Below are positions 29,801 to 36,862 of a stretch of 64,000 bases of DNA, in pieces. Position 1 is the first letter of the stretch. Each line of letters opens with the position of its first letter. The notes beneath the pieces were generated by a model, which had not been told where the DNA came from, did no database searches, and worked only from the letters and a program-made list of their open reading frames with translations. The stretch is from Naegleria gruberi (lineage: Eukaryota), in assembly GCA_000004985.1 (NCBI GenBank), contig GG738864.1. One strand, written 5' to 3'. The position numbers and the translations under genes were made by a program.

Positions 29801-32697
29801 ACTCTGTGGGTAATCTATTCACACAAAGTGAAAACTTGATGCTCTACTTTTTGAGAGAATTGACCTCTGTTGTTGGTCTATCTGAAACTAGAGATATTAT
29901 CAATAATAGCCAGCTACTTGGAAGTATCAAGTTTATTCAACAATGGAAAGAGAAGGAAGACGTTGCTTCATTCCTCAAAGATTCTGTTTTATCATTGTCA
30001 AATCCATTCCTCAATCTTCCTTTGTACGAACAAATTTCCAAATCTATTTCTGAGATTAGACTCTCAAACACCGATACTCTATTCACAAAACTCTACACAT
30101 TCCATAGAGAACGTAATTCATTGCATCTCTTCTTAGCTGGAGTGCTTGTCGTAGTTTTGGAAGAAGTTACGCTTTCAAACAAGATGGGAACTAGAAAATT
30201 TGAAAATCTCAAAACTTGGGTAGATAGAAATCAACAATATTTCCAATTATTAGGTGGAATTTCAATTCATCCACTTCTCTCCCAATTGATTACTAATAAG
30301 GTATCTAACTTTGCAAATATTAATCCAGAAACACTGATGACACAAATTCAACAATTGAGATGTATCATTCATTTAATGTTCATGATATTCACCAATTCAC
30401 AATCACTGGGGTTCTTCAGTGCATGCTTGTTGAGCCCTCAGAATTTGTTGAATAACATGTTCCCAACCATGAACGATGATGTCATGTCAGGATTGAGTAG
30501 TATCACCAATGGTAGAATTTATCAATGTCCATCTGGTCACTTGTACATTATCACAGAATGTGGAAGAGCTGCAACAACAGGACGCTGTCCAGAATGTGGA
30601 CAAGAGATTGGAGGATCCAACCATAACCTACTCAATACAAATAGAGAATACTTTGCCAATGACCAATCAGCTCCAACTAATCTCTGTCGTAGAAATGCTA
30701 CAGAAGAAAGTGGACCAGCAGATGTGTACTTGAGCCAGAGAAGTCTCTCACCAATTGAGGTTAGATTTATCAGATTAGTTATGAGTGGATTATTGTTTGC
30801 ATCCAGCTCATTCCTTGGTAAGGATTGTGCAATGATTATCAACACTAGATATGCCAATCCAAGAGATGTTTCTTCCTTCTTCTTTGAACACTTTATCAAT
30901 GATTGGAATATACTCTCTAGACTGTTATCAAAGAATGACGAACAAGTAAGCATTATCGTTCACAATCTCATTACGAGAATGACTTTATCAAATGTGGTGT
31001 TGGATAATCAATTGATGGTCAAGACATCTCGAGAAAATTTTGAAAGATTGTTGAGTGAAACCATCTTGCAAGGTGCTCTCAAGAGTGATAAAATTATGCA
31101 AGAAGTGGAAAACATGATTAGAAATCACCAAACTTCAGTAGAAGGAAGAAATAATCACAAGAATGAAAAGCTTTCACATGCCATTCAGTTTACAGAAATT
31201 GCAGACAGGGATGTAGTGAAACTTCAACCTTCTCTGTTTATGAAATTGGAAAATATCACTTTTGATCACTTTTCAAATACATTCAAACAATCCAAGAATG
31301 ATTATCCAATTCTAAGCACAGTCATTGAGGAAATTGTATCACTACAAGCCCTTCAATATTTACCAGATATTTTCAAAATGTACGTTGAAGTTTGCAAGAG
31401 ATGTGACAAGAAATTGAGAAAAGAGCAAACTATAGAACAAAATATTGGACAATTCATTAATGATATTCAAGATCCTATCGAGAGAGAAAATCTTGCTATT
31501 CACTTTGATGGTTTTGCTAGAGCATGGAATATGGTTTTCAAATATGTGGAAATGTATGAATGTTTGGTTATTCCTGAACAAATGAAAACTATTAGAATGG
31601 GACTGGATAAACCATTAGTATTCATTCTTCCACACGAGAAGGATGAATCCATTTTTGGAATTGCATTAACCCACTATCTCATTGGTATTCATAACAAGTT
31701 TGTTAAACTTACCAATAGTGCAGAAACAGATGTGAGAGTTATTTCTAGCTCTGATTTGGATACTTCTCTAGCATTCAAGTTTAGTTTGAAAGAAGATTTA
31801 ATGCCTTTCGTGAGAGATCACTGTAGAAGACCTATTTCATTTAAATCCACAGACTCGATCAAGTATGACTTTGAGTTTATTCAACAACACGTTGTGGATC
31901 ATTTCTTATCCGGCAAACCACTTGTAGAAATCAAGATCAAGATGATTGAACTAATGGGAGAATTGAGAGCTTCTGGTGCAAAGGAAAGATTTACCAACCT
32001 CAAGAAGACCAACAAGAATTCCAAGAAGGAAGGATCTGACAAGTTCACTGACGAGGAAAGAATTACTATTTTGAATGAACTTGGAGGAATTAATGGAAGA
32101 TCAGATCGGTGTGTCAAATGTTTTAGAATGGTAGAAATGGCTATCCATTTCATTCAAGCCAATACTGTCTCTGTTAGCTCTCTTTCTTCAAACATTTTAG
32201 AAAAACCACTTGTTCAATATTTGGAAAAAGATTTGATGATGACAGGAGCCAGACAACTCTTCGGTGCTTCATTGTCCTCCATGATACGTATCAAACATTT
32301 GGATAATTTATGGGAATTATTGGAATCACATCTCACTGTTGATTCATTCTCTTCAGTTCATGCAAATTACAGAAAGGAATTGAGCAAAGATTTGGAACAA
32401 ATCCTCCTCACAAAGGTTGCTCCTAAAATTGATCTTAAAGTTTTCTTGTCAGCCCTTAAAGAAGCAATTCAAACTCACTTGACAGAACCGTACTCGGACA
32501 TGAACCAAGATTTAAAACAATGGCTTTCCTATTTACCTATTCCAGATAATTTTGTTCAAGGTACTGGTGAGCATGCCAATTCTGAATTGGAAACAATTTC
32601 TGACTTTACATGGTTTAAACATGTTCCAGATAATTTGTTTACCTTGGCAATGGCTTTGGAGGTTTTCAAAACATTGGAGACTTTGGTAAAACAATAA
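17836..32697 (+). CDS. RNF213 (mysterin)-like giant E3 ubiquitin ligase / dynein-like AAA+ ATPase, 4953 aa, single exon
   Basis: Two AAA modules carry canonical motifs: Walker A GESGGGKTY at about aa 2218 with Walker B VAFIDE, and Walker A GYPGTCKSL at about aa 2570 with Walker B VVLLDE. An earlier degenerate P-loop MAGCGKSH is present. A RING-like finger lies at about aa 3733 (CFICLSVPDPDSIRTTVCCKRYICYDCADEFCQYQKKSKQCGWCQKEL). An RZ-type zinc finger lies at about aa 4228 (YQCPSGHLYIITECGRAATTGRCPECGQEIGG). Domain order and spacing parallel human RNF213 (AAA3/AAA4 Walker motifs at about 2420/2770, RING about 4000, RZ about 4490). The N-terminus is Asn/Ser/Gln-rich and low-complexity. Confidence 0.85.
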   Translation: MLSDQDYQKHKRRKEEEEKKRKEREDESSLPSSSSNSTPQQYEHQTLNNNIVIIDGDDTDSNDAVIITSPTIQEQQTAKFGFLVNSQEDNNNSSSSPHVTGSSNKKRKTTSHSPLTTNISPIKQEEDMSSTVPPNQQEQTANNNMVMMDNNNSNEKPSTPKQGTTTTNSDEDDVIMIESNEATLSPSLLHKMQGSLKIEESQQQEQTNTSASTTTIPSSSELSDNNDTSSKPSEENDQQQQQEGTNNNNTVLLNSVKTITENTGVRIVVHAFIPPQYTDDLQPALRYSYKEITGSGKNKKEEVKKVDIPLGHTPVEGLDIWFCVVKLPLQVDFVSFKIIVRDESKAIHTDKEVRSITLPKYTTPAVHHIYINFNPKSEKRQGILDMFKTKLSMTETFLTELFTPSKIDTGDLLPSDTENNVFENLIRINRKRIQIFHSRLDGFMQSMAHLSDLNFYTKIHIKQNYTSTNRHNLKSPYVYEDTKKFLLSLPEKIIQDKTDFELKLIMTLVFFEKIYSISGHNDKKNFDEMIDLLKELDVYTLNTIFHHILKKEAEKSTPINLIRDSFRNSIQALINVFSATTNDKRKFSYWIMAAPFISLELKFHGSTSPLDMLIMQSDKKRFDTEFATLTSIVEEKRALISNRSHVVSGTDIGIIFSTIFKMASSLNDINCILTLTSDMQSNEGRFRSFTTQLCEFISNMDSWEDSDFDSFTYLLENHSYVLSSTSMLASYFKNKALSEVSHYHSENILKHLLMFLENEEFVANNKEKDLISLSKLIANFFSTLFGKKKSSYNLFKKSVYSMKDIVAFYSKLAESLSKTCMNDYQLIIIESISNNSSFTSSGSDPYSRITSLIEICEEFELDERATLGNILAQLTLDTVKSLGVSNKVINKLLDTVSRFYADSIDITIDVVSKKVLMYIIETLSEGSSMTIEILFKHHLLWSRLFQLNDIFTDKKLIEGVQLVDKFSQQINNHTIALNDLRIILRDDNQDRFVSLATYSGVSVISKNTLIDIDFQVQYFETLLKQCHDFCNHYCQHDNVNNEFRLLLEKIEAEIQNNAVFSSINSSFNNFAFLKELPTLQHLCKSELFLQFWNETIDQMVESLVTETESTSKIIFTINDLKSRVYPQVVQKWLQLYNNLNMKTISFLELQTLFSDNTEEETFQDMLFLKRTCQSTDNMLDGDATQFHLINENNQSYIQWSREHAQLISSFLTIVKQKEYIPMIVSILSKFNSNFSTSVFTDSYYVKIEKIHKYILEKWESGNLFDIVDMVNEAKSALQHLGKNELLLIEFLNESDDLLNWLWQHNDSSQFNELIRVCREVTDDAIILQSFASLTSAREYLYELVYPSRKFTSCESFLRAINTANLNKDDTEIQRRLTDCKVIRSNLENVKQVFKEKTRSPSVTAVLKLLEIISGATISVTTINSISEDNYIICNVKGKITHLSDLIDIRTTVLNTTIPNELKEKHINLDAAIDTFCKLVNILSSMKRTLIELGINGSMIVDNYEFTITLNVDNLEYLLFQFMEEEKRLSEMNSNWKLTIKNIRLEYNLLNYFNMRELRKLIKWLDMIKEGNSIVGERVYSMLKIIDNNLTLQQYKSFEKEWIDYDIMVDDDIQLISLGSCLNSHFNLIEDSHEQIDFLPSSDLGMSTMNVEKNNSKQNLIVIACQNDQEVESIVYSLYAVKSILPQVEEVLMCRPNTDFEDIELVVRRWSKSEHKKQIFTLANIQHLDYTLQCKVVDMLKNYLQTSTTLATLAIVSSTQQQRIINAFSNFRFDGSPLSSEDLKDSLLQIAKPGKFSSGVNVYTSPMAGCGKSHTIFERSHIEKKKLVYISLRESVNITELINQLNEKTRNSQPVTLHFNIAPNVDTIVNSILFELIVIGSLRDHQCNVYHRRPIDSIAIEIPNQVGNRTLVRSVPFCKYLPRVECIVSAHTLSIERKYEIGTNGSVMVSNNRKLKYVCSLLLAHQNGVFVNNNGTDFVNFTPNMDNMNKEECLTILTRYCNAGGQISYALINNFVEFTFEFFENMMDYEVLRFLPSLDPGFATLPQSIVGMILEMSKDFAIRQLVFNFNTDNPSLEEYSNRFSSIRKWEESSHPVIIFTKETFQCNGFNVISLDQSSVNRFFPEHLRALLHEQGININFDFKKTVEEKGQRAAELEGLKFLQMISGSFSLDEEMGEIMKIMLISKLDETDYVLTQDNLMKMIAIIYRFKSNLPVILHGESGGGKTYLISHLCKFLDYQLYRMTLHGGNTEQDIFNFLNNIVIEANSHAMATYVAFIDECNTCSAMAIVKEVVCDGLLNGVKIPENVKIVAALNPYRLKNEKAKQLEQSIQSQTGIIYKHPSFANIPDPLENLVYRVHPLPDSFVDHLYDFGSLSDGVERLYIGSMLRQSLKKYLKADENGKITNETVRQAVNFFESLIHASQVFIRQTMHEESSVSLRDVRRCIQVFYWLVEEYHNPTSVFRDVLNLDHHHGNEIFNTHNKHFKNYVMLSLSFAFYSRLNRQERSGYLRYLSKECPTIVPSEFEKLLTKYQTKLTEQMNISEGIALNEALTENIFVLFLALVNHIPLLIQGYPGTCKSLAVDLISKSMRGKASNNKQLQHLPDINIFAFQCSPLSEAKSIAQTFRAARQYAKESSGSSSLSVVLLDEIGLAADSPKLPLKILHQELENTAEISVVSISNYSLDSSKMNRMCVLYRSTPSAKDLKDTAKGIMRFHKSFKLQSYLEPIATSYLELYKNQRIKQFFGLRDFYNLVKFLYRIINNKMTYHGRPIEFEKSLVLSVLRNFGGIPSEDMDNVLKIFERNTGIKFTEYEKPNSCNLLRLNLKDSADARHLLVLTNNNSALNLLFDYEILSLSSTIVLFGSDFPDEKNDNFSLSLQLQKIKLAMSEGNTVVLVHCDSLYESLYDLLNQHYVVVENKKFSRLAFGNSSVTCPVHDNFRIIIIAEASDAYTKLAIPFLNRMEKHVILRDDMMNEDNTNLHSQLSAFVEKLMAQLNEKEISKVFIGSHKETLKSLVQSIEPKDSMVDEEITEQMDIAFDKLLWNMTPEAVIKSKNERIMKHYFEGQEHSSLPSFLNNVFTDIQKWQDKFGGIQAIVTTFSSLLSEVELLIRDHVTVVKEKQVHLQFLELHDMKTSSDLNTELDHFFASNHKESMLVLLCDPVAASTRRIHYAQYTCESKRNTFNAAGTGNIRHVIFLVNLSRIPTESSKYSFDFDRRWNYVFIDDVSNSEQQQGFPELFELVNTPFSNLINNTLSVEQIILENLHNSLSRIVYPFPRSSSQIQSQLSMLRKWLSQSSRYSARFTKLIREKVIDIVKHSIKNDEQWYLQVINNDKNILQICGTLRSAIHYFISRIVFMAFSSILSVMDRYNNLQLLDQENDSETPQLWLDVFEYDVHSKLFESAAFSMNQSGYVNILQGTSKHFDAKFPFSFIFATVANSFRVNHLVDQFSREDLEKHFEFTLPRFVKYHADIGDECIVDDDIDMNDEGSDKILLPNDLVSGYINDYHYLFGSKNCNMLPSENDQLVLIHELISKDRLPDQYYSLLDSQISYWNNEKRVKIYFQVFDSLKDKNVLEKFLNSIPSCRTIAEMDMLLCELVIVHFNPEYHITLESDPVENNTWVRNVRNMTASMTRLLDLLKDPLMSAEVNVDVAEKCSSLSHQWKCIKFFAHFLKDLVISTENLIDSDITKKYWEKLNGSGTSHFYQPNALVEFLQTLTDINKKCTREESSEDFECFICLSVPDPDSIRTTVCCKRYICYDCADEFCQYQKKSKQCGWCQKELDNDETVDTYTIPCSNILKEVEDISQKETLFIEKSTKLIETFITMFCVERGISDMLIRDIISYICENKKFLSEHKLLKFILSDSMKSSIIRALFSLKRKDPNQFDHVAAYFEENLKVLHTQSKNVDFPIAVSINQILEDEAEFYSQDEEGKINLEYILQTLSRNGFSLALGNDFVGFLNNTSIAKVAVKYFVKLLLNNKLFDQKSAKKLVDSVGNLFTQSENLMLYFLRELTSVVGLSETRDIINNSQLLGSIKFIQQWKEKEDVASFLKDSVLSLSNPFLNLPLYEQISKSISEIRLSNTDTLFTKLYTFHRERNSLHLFLAGVLVVVLEEVTLSNKMGTRKFENLKTWVDRNQQYFQLLGGISIHPLLSQLITNKVSNFANINPETLMTQIQQLRCIIHLMFMIFTNSQSLGFFSACLLSPQNLLNNMFPTMNDDVMSGLSSITNGRIYQCPSGHLYIITECGRAATTGRCPECGQEIGGSNHNLLNTNREYFANDQSAPTNLCRRNATEESGPADVYLSQRSLSPIEVRFIRLVMSGLLFASSSFLGKDCAMIINTRYANPRDVSSFFFEHFINDWNILSRLLSKNDEQVSIIVHNLITRMTLSNVVLDNQLMVKTSRENFERLLSETILQGALKSDKIMQEVENMIRNHQTSVEGRNNHKNEKLSHAIQFTEIADRDVVKLQPSLFMKLENITFDHFSNTFKQSKNDYPILSTVIEEIVSLQALQYLPDIFKMYVEVCKRCDKKLRKEQTIEQNIGQFINDIQDPIERENLAIHFDGFARAWNMVFKYVEMYECLVIPEQMKTIRMGLDKPLVFILPHEKDESIFGIALTHYLIGIHNKFVKLTNSAETDVRVISSSDLDTSLAFKFSLKEDLMPFVRDHCRRPISFKSTDSIKYDFEFIQQHVVDHFLSGKPLVEIKIKMIELMGELRASGAKERFTNLKKTNKNSKKEGSDKFTDEERITILNELGGINGRSDRCVKCFRMVEMAIHFIQANTVSVSSLSSNILEKPLVQYLEKDLMMTGARQLFGASLSSMIRIKHLDNLWELLESHLTVDSFSSVHANYRKELSKDLEQILLTKVAPKIDLKVFLSALKEAIQTHLTEPYSDMNQDLKQWLSYLPIPDNFVQGTGEHANSELETISDFTWFKHVPDNLFTLAMALEVFKTLETLVKQ

Positions 32698-32737
32698 ACT
32701 TGTTTTAAATTCAAAGATATGATTTATTCAAAGTTTA

Positions 32738-35299
32738 CTAAACGAGTTTATAATACTTGACTTCTGACATCATTACTTCAAAAATTTCTCTTGCAATGAG
32801 GTTACTAGTTGAAGTGTAAGTGAAAATCCAAACACGAGCATTTCGTTCTACCAAGTAACATACTTTCTTCAATGTATGTCCAGAGTAGGTTGTTGAGGCT
32901 AGCTCTACAATTTTTGCCTTCAGAGTTGGGACTTCACCCTCTGTTGAATCCACTTCAGAGTTTGATTGTTGAGAGTAGAGTGAAACTTCATAATCTACAT
33001 TCTTTACAGAAACAATTGTGCACGTCTTGAGAACTTGCTCCTTGAAAGTGGTGGAGTAAAATTGTTCAAGCAAGCTTCCACTATTTTCCATTGACACTCC
33101 TGTGAAGTTTGAAGCTTGTGCTCCATAATCTTCTATTCTATTCTTGTAGGTAGTATTTCCAAAATTTACATAGGTCACAAAAACATTTTCCAATGTTTCT
33201 CTAGATCTTGTTTGGTTTGGATTCTTGTTGGCAAGATATTGAATAGGATGATAGAGAATGAGTTTGTAATCCTGAGATCTCTTTCCAAAATCACCAACGC
33301 CAAAGTGTCGCACCATTTCATCCTCTCCAGAACAAGCATCTGCCTCTATTCTAAGTGATGGAATAAAGCACATTGGTACAGACAATACAATACCATCCCC
33401 GTCCAAATTTGAGGTCTTTCTCTTGAGATCAGAAATGGATTTGACTGTGAAAAATTCCTTTACAAGAATGTCAATCCAAGCAGCACCATCAATTGGTGGA
33501 ATATTGTTATTACTATACACGAGATTACTACTGAATATTTCTGCTGCATCCTCATCTTCGAACATGGAACCTCCAATACTTGAAAATGCAGCTGAGAGTC
33601 TCTTTTTCATCTTTTTAGAATTGTTTTGTGCAATGGTGTTTGAATTTTTTCTCTTGGAAATGATATCATTATTAGGAGAGGTACAATCTGCTGTTTTATC
33701 AACAGAATCCACAAGACCTGAAGTATTAGATGAAGAACGGCTGAGATTTCCACTATTTCTATTGGATGATGGAGGACTCACTGTTAATTTGGAAATGTCA
33801 TCATGATTAGTTGATGTTGGAGGTGTACCATTTCCATTATTGAATAATTCCTGTTGAATATTAATCGAAGGAATCAACAAGCCCTTTGTTGGTACAGTTA
33901 AATTCAATGAATATCCCAGAATATTCTCAGATTCCCTCCTTGTTGTTGTTAGCATTAAACAATACAATAATCCATTAGAATCTTGAATAAAGTAAATCTT
34001 CTTGTACAATAATTTCTGTGGTAACAATTCATGGTGAAATTGAATAATAAAGTAGAGAGCCTTCTTCTCTGGTTGAATATGTTTATCCACCACATGAGTA
34101 ATTCCCTTCACTAATTTTGGTTCGAGCATTGTTGAATGACTACTAGAGGATGACGATGAAGGAGATGATGGAGAAGGTGAAGCAGCAACAACAGAAACTT
34201 GTCTCATCATACTCGATGAAGGTGTTCTATGTAAATTATTATTACCACCCGAAGAAGAACAAGAATTTGATGAATCATAATTCCTCGACAATTCTTGAAT
34301 ATCTTCAATGGCCAACTGGGCCTCCTTCTCAATACTATGTGGTGAGAAGGTTACATAAATCTCCAGGAAATCCTTCTCAAAGTTTCTATCATAGCTGGAG
34401 AAGAAGATTTTTTGTTGAATATTGTTATTTGTGTTGCTCGTTGTTGTTGTGGCGCCATTTTGTTGTTGAGAATTTACTTGGGTCGTAGATAATTGGTTAT
34501 TATTGGCGGGAGAATTTGTTAAAGAATTTGTGTTCACTGGTGTTGGAGGTTGAAGGCTTGCTGATGATGGTGAAGAAGATGATGACGATGATGATGATGA
34601 TGGTGGAGATTGGCTTATATTAATATTATTATTATTATTACTATTATTTACATTATTTAATTGTTGTTGTTGTGGGGAATAATTAGAAATATTATTGCTA
34701 TTACTACTTCCATATTGAAGTAATTGTACTTTCCAATCGTGAGGTAAATAGACAGAGTAGTATAATTCGGTAATTAATTGGAGAGATTCCACTGATTGGA
34801 GTTGAATAGGAATGATCGTATGATCTGATGATGACGAGGAAATCATTGATGATGTATGATGATGAAAAGTACTTCCACCACTACTCGAATATTGATGATG
34901 AACAAAAGTACCACTACTTCCATTACTAGTAGATGGTTGATGATGGTAATTAATATTATTATTATTTGAAGAGGATGATGAGGTACCAATCATGAGTGGT
35001 GAATTACTTCTCGAGGTATTGAGTGGATCGCCACTTCTTGGAGTTTCGGCTACTTGATTCGAATTTGTCATGGTGGTAACAGCTACTTGATTGGTGCCTG
35101 TGAGGAAATTCATTCGACCACGACTGAATTTTCTGCCACTATTTGATGGTGATGATGAATTACTGTTACTACCTCCATTATTCGAAACATTGCTTGGGTA
35201 GTGCATGGATACGGATGATTTGCTGTCTTCATCTCGAGATCCTGAAGAAACGTTTCCCATGAGTTGTTTGTGATGAGTTGATAATAGGAAAGATGGCAA
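32738..35299 (-). CDS. hypothetical Ser/Asn/Gln-rich low-complexity protein, 853 aa
   Basis: A long ORF. The likely true start is the internal MGNVSSGS (an N-myristoylation-type MGxxxS) at about 35260. It has extensive poly-S/N/Q stretches and a structured C-terminal roughly 150 aa (VCYLVERNARVWIFTYTSTSNLIAREIFEVMM). Confidence 0.55.
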   Translation of the reverse strand: MPSFLLSTHHKQLMGNVSSGSRDEDSKSSVSMHYPSNVSNNGGSNSNSSSPSNSGRKFSRGRMNFLTGTNQVAVTTMTNSNQVAETPRSGDPLNTSRSNSPLMIGTSSSSSNNNNINYHHQPSTSNGSSGTFVHHQYSSSGGSTFHHHTSSMISSSSSDHTIIPIQLQSVESLQLITELYYSVYLPHDWKVQLLQYGSSNSNNISNYSPQQQQLNNVNNSNNNNNINISQSPPSSSSSSSSSSPSSASLQPPTPVNTNSLTNSPANNNQLSTTQVNSQQQNGATTTTSNTNNNIQQKIFFSSYDRNFEKDFLEIYVTFSPHSIEKEAQLAIEDIQELSRNYDSSNSCSSSGGNNNLHRTPSSSMMRQVSVVAASPSPSSPSSSSSSSHSTMLEPKLVKGITHVVDKHIQPEKKALYFIIQFHHELLPQKLLYKKIYFIQDSNGLLYCLMLTTTRRESENILGYSLNLTVPTKGLLIPSINIQQELFNNGNGTPPTSTNHDDISKLTVSPPSSNRNSGNLSRSSSNTSGLVDSVDKTADCTSPNNDIISKRKNSNTIAQNNSKKMKKRLSAAFSSIGGSMFEDEDAAEIFSSNLVYSNNNIPPIDGAAWIDILVKEFFTVKSISDLKRKTSNLDGDGIVLSVPMCFIPSLRIEADACSGEDEMVRHFGVGDFGKRSQDYKLILYHPIQYLANKNPNQTRSRETLENVFVTYVNFGNTTYKNRIEDYGAQASNFTGVSMENSGSLLEQFYSTTFKEQVLKTCTIVSVKNVDYEVSLYSQQSNSEVDSTEGEVPTLKAKIVELASTTYSGHTLKKVCYLVERNARVWIFTYTSTSNLIAREIFEVMMSEVKYYKLV

Positions 35300-35435
35300 G
35301 GGAAACGATGCTTTCTGTTGCCAGTTTAGAGAAGCTTTTTTTTGCTGTTGTCACATAATTGGAGATTGATGACAGATAGCATGGAATTGGCATACATGAC
35401 AGTACGTTAACAAATAAGGTGGACAAGAGAACCTT

Positions 35436-35750
35436 TAGTTTTTAATTATGCATAGCACTCAACCAAGATTTTTCACATTATAATTTTGTCTAAAACGAGA
35501 AGACTCTAGTTGATTGTAAGCAGATTGGTTTTTTCATCTGAAAGAATGAATCAAAGAATGAATTGATAGTCTTCTTTTGGTTTAGAAAAGGTCATTAATG
35601 AACTTCGAAATGTTTTAATGAATTGTAATGGCAACATTAGGTTCGTTTAGTTTAAAATGAAAAGAACCATGCATCAAATAAGATCACGTTATGAAGTCAC
35701 ATACAGTTGTTGCTCAAAATATTTTGAATCACGTTCTGAAAAACTCCAGT
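35436..35750 (+). repeat. direct repeat copy A (about 315 bp), paired with 36595..36862
   Basis: It shares about 80-85% identity with copy B, with indels. Shared blocks include TTAGTTTTTAAT(T/A)ATGCATAGCA, AATGAATTGTAATGGCAACATT and AATGAAAAGAACCA..CATCAAATAAGATCACGTTATGAAGTCACAT...GTTGTTGCTCAAAATATTTTGAATCACGTTCTGAAAA. Confidence 0.8.
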
Positions 35751-35923
35751 AAATAAATTCTATTATTTCTATATCCAAAAGGAATAATTTTTTAGATATT
35801 TAATATTATTGACATGTACATTGATTATGGATTTATAGAATCGTTTCACAATTGTGTATTACGCATAATAGTATTTAATAGTATTATGAAATTCCTAATA
35901 TTAAAAAATTATTAAAATAAAAA

Positions 35924-36478
35924 ATGTCGCAAGATGAAGAACAAATTCCTTGTCCTTTAGATTTCTCTTTCAAATCATCACTACTCATTCAAAAATTCGA
36001 AACGGAACATTGTAAACAACTCAGAGAATTAACCTTGGTTGTGATCGGAGCCTTTAGGAAACAATCAGATAATATGAGCAACAATTTTACAAAGTTTATG
36101 GTTGCATGTTTGGATAAATCAAGTGGAAAGTACTTTTCTGTTTGTATGGTCGGAACTGGATTCACTCAAGAATTAAGAGAGGACCTTTCGAGTAGATTAT
36201 CTCAATTGATTATTCCAGAACCATTGGAAAATTATGTTTTCAATAAGGATCAAATGGCAGAGGTATGGTTTCGACCAGTTACAATATTTGAAATTCAAGT
36301 GGCTGATATTTGTCTATCTGGTATTCATAAGGCCGGTTTTGGAGTGTTTAAGGAGGGAAGTGGTTTAGGATTGAGATTTCCAAGATTTGTTAAGGAAAGA
36401 AAATTTATGAAGCCAGAGGATATTACTACTGTGGATGAATTAATTAAATTGTACAAAATAATGAATAATTATTATTAA
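35924..36478 (+). CDS. stand-alone ATP-dependent DNA ligase (ligase I/III-type) C-terminal OB-fold domain fragment, 184 aa; possible captured gene fragment or pseudogene-derived ORF
   Basis: LTLVVIGAFRKQ ... FMVACLDKSSGKYFSVCMVGTGFTQELREDL ... AEVWFRPVTIFEIQVADICLS ... GLGLRFPRFVKERKFMKPEDITTVDELIKLY matches the C-terminal OB domain of eukaryotic DNA ligase I (DLVVIGAY..GKR.G..G.FLLA.YD......VCK.GTGFSDE ... ISLRFPRFIR.R.DK..E.ATT..QVA.LY). There is no adenylation domain (KxDGxR) and no upstream exon. The first 30 aa are unrelated to ligase. Confidence 0.7.
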   Translation: MSQDEEQIPCPLDFSFKSSLLIQKFETEHCKQLRELTLVVIGAFRKQSDNMSNNFTKFMVACLDKSSGKYFSVCMVGTGFTQELREDLSSRLSQLIIPEPLENYVFNKDQMAEVWFRPVTIFEIQVADICLSGIHKAGFGVFKEGSGLGLRFPRFVKERKFMKPEDITTVDELIKLYKIMNNYY

Positions 36479-36594
36479 TTATTATTAATTATTTATATAT
36501 AGTATTAATAATTATAAAATTAATTTGGTGAGTTTACAAAGGGAAATTATCCTTTTTATTAAGGTGATTTTCAAATTTTGGATTGACCTTCTGT

Positions 36595-36862
36595 TAGTTT
36601 TTAATAATGCATAGCATCTTTTCACATTAGTTGTGTCTAAAAAGAGAAAACGCTTGCTGAATGTTTAGTTGATTGTAAAGCATTGGAGAAAATGAATTGG
36701 CAGAAAAGTACACAAATGAACCTCAACTTGTTAATGAATTGTAATGGCAACATTTCACGTTTCCTTTACAATGAAAAGAACCAATCATCAAATAAGATCA
36801 CGTTATGAAGTCACATCTCGTTGTTGCTCAAAATATTTTGAATCACGTTCTGAAAACTATTT
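36595..36862 (+). repeat. direct repeat copy B (about 270 bp), paired with 35436..35750
   Basis: See copy A. Copy B overlaps the 5' end of ORF 36744..37379; the homologous frame in copy A is closed by a stop. Confidence 0.8.

Noticed and set aside
18240-31581. Numerous 60-140-aa ORFs on both strands inside the 4953-aa gene, for example 30537..30953 minus and 18240..18482 minus
   Set aside because: They are embedded in and out of frame with a continuous 14.8-kb ORF that has strong domain evidence. They are random open frames in AT-rich coding DNA.
35924-36478. Treating the ligase OB-fold ORF as the last exon of a full DNA ligase gene
   Set aside because: The 600 bp upstream are AT-rich non-coding sequence largely made of direct repeat A. 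I found no in-frame exon with an acceptor. The ORF has its own ATG preceded by an A-rich tract, so it was reported as a stand-alone fragment instead.
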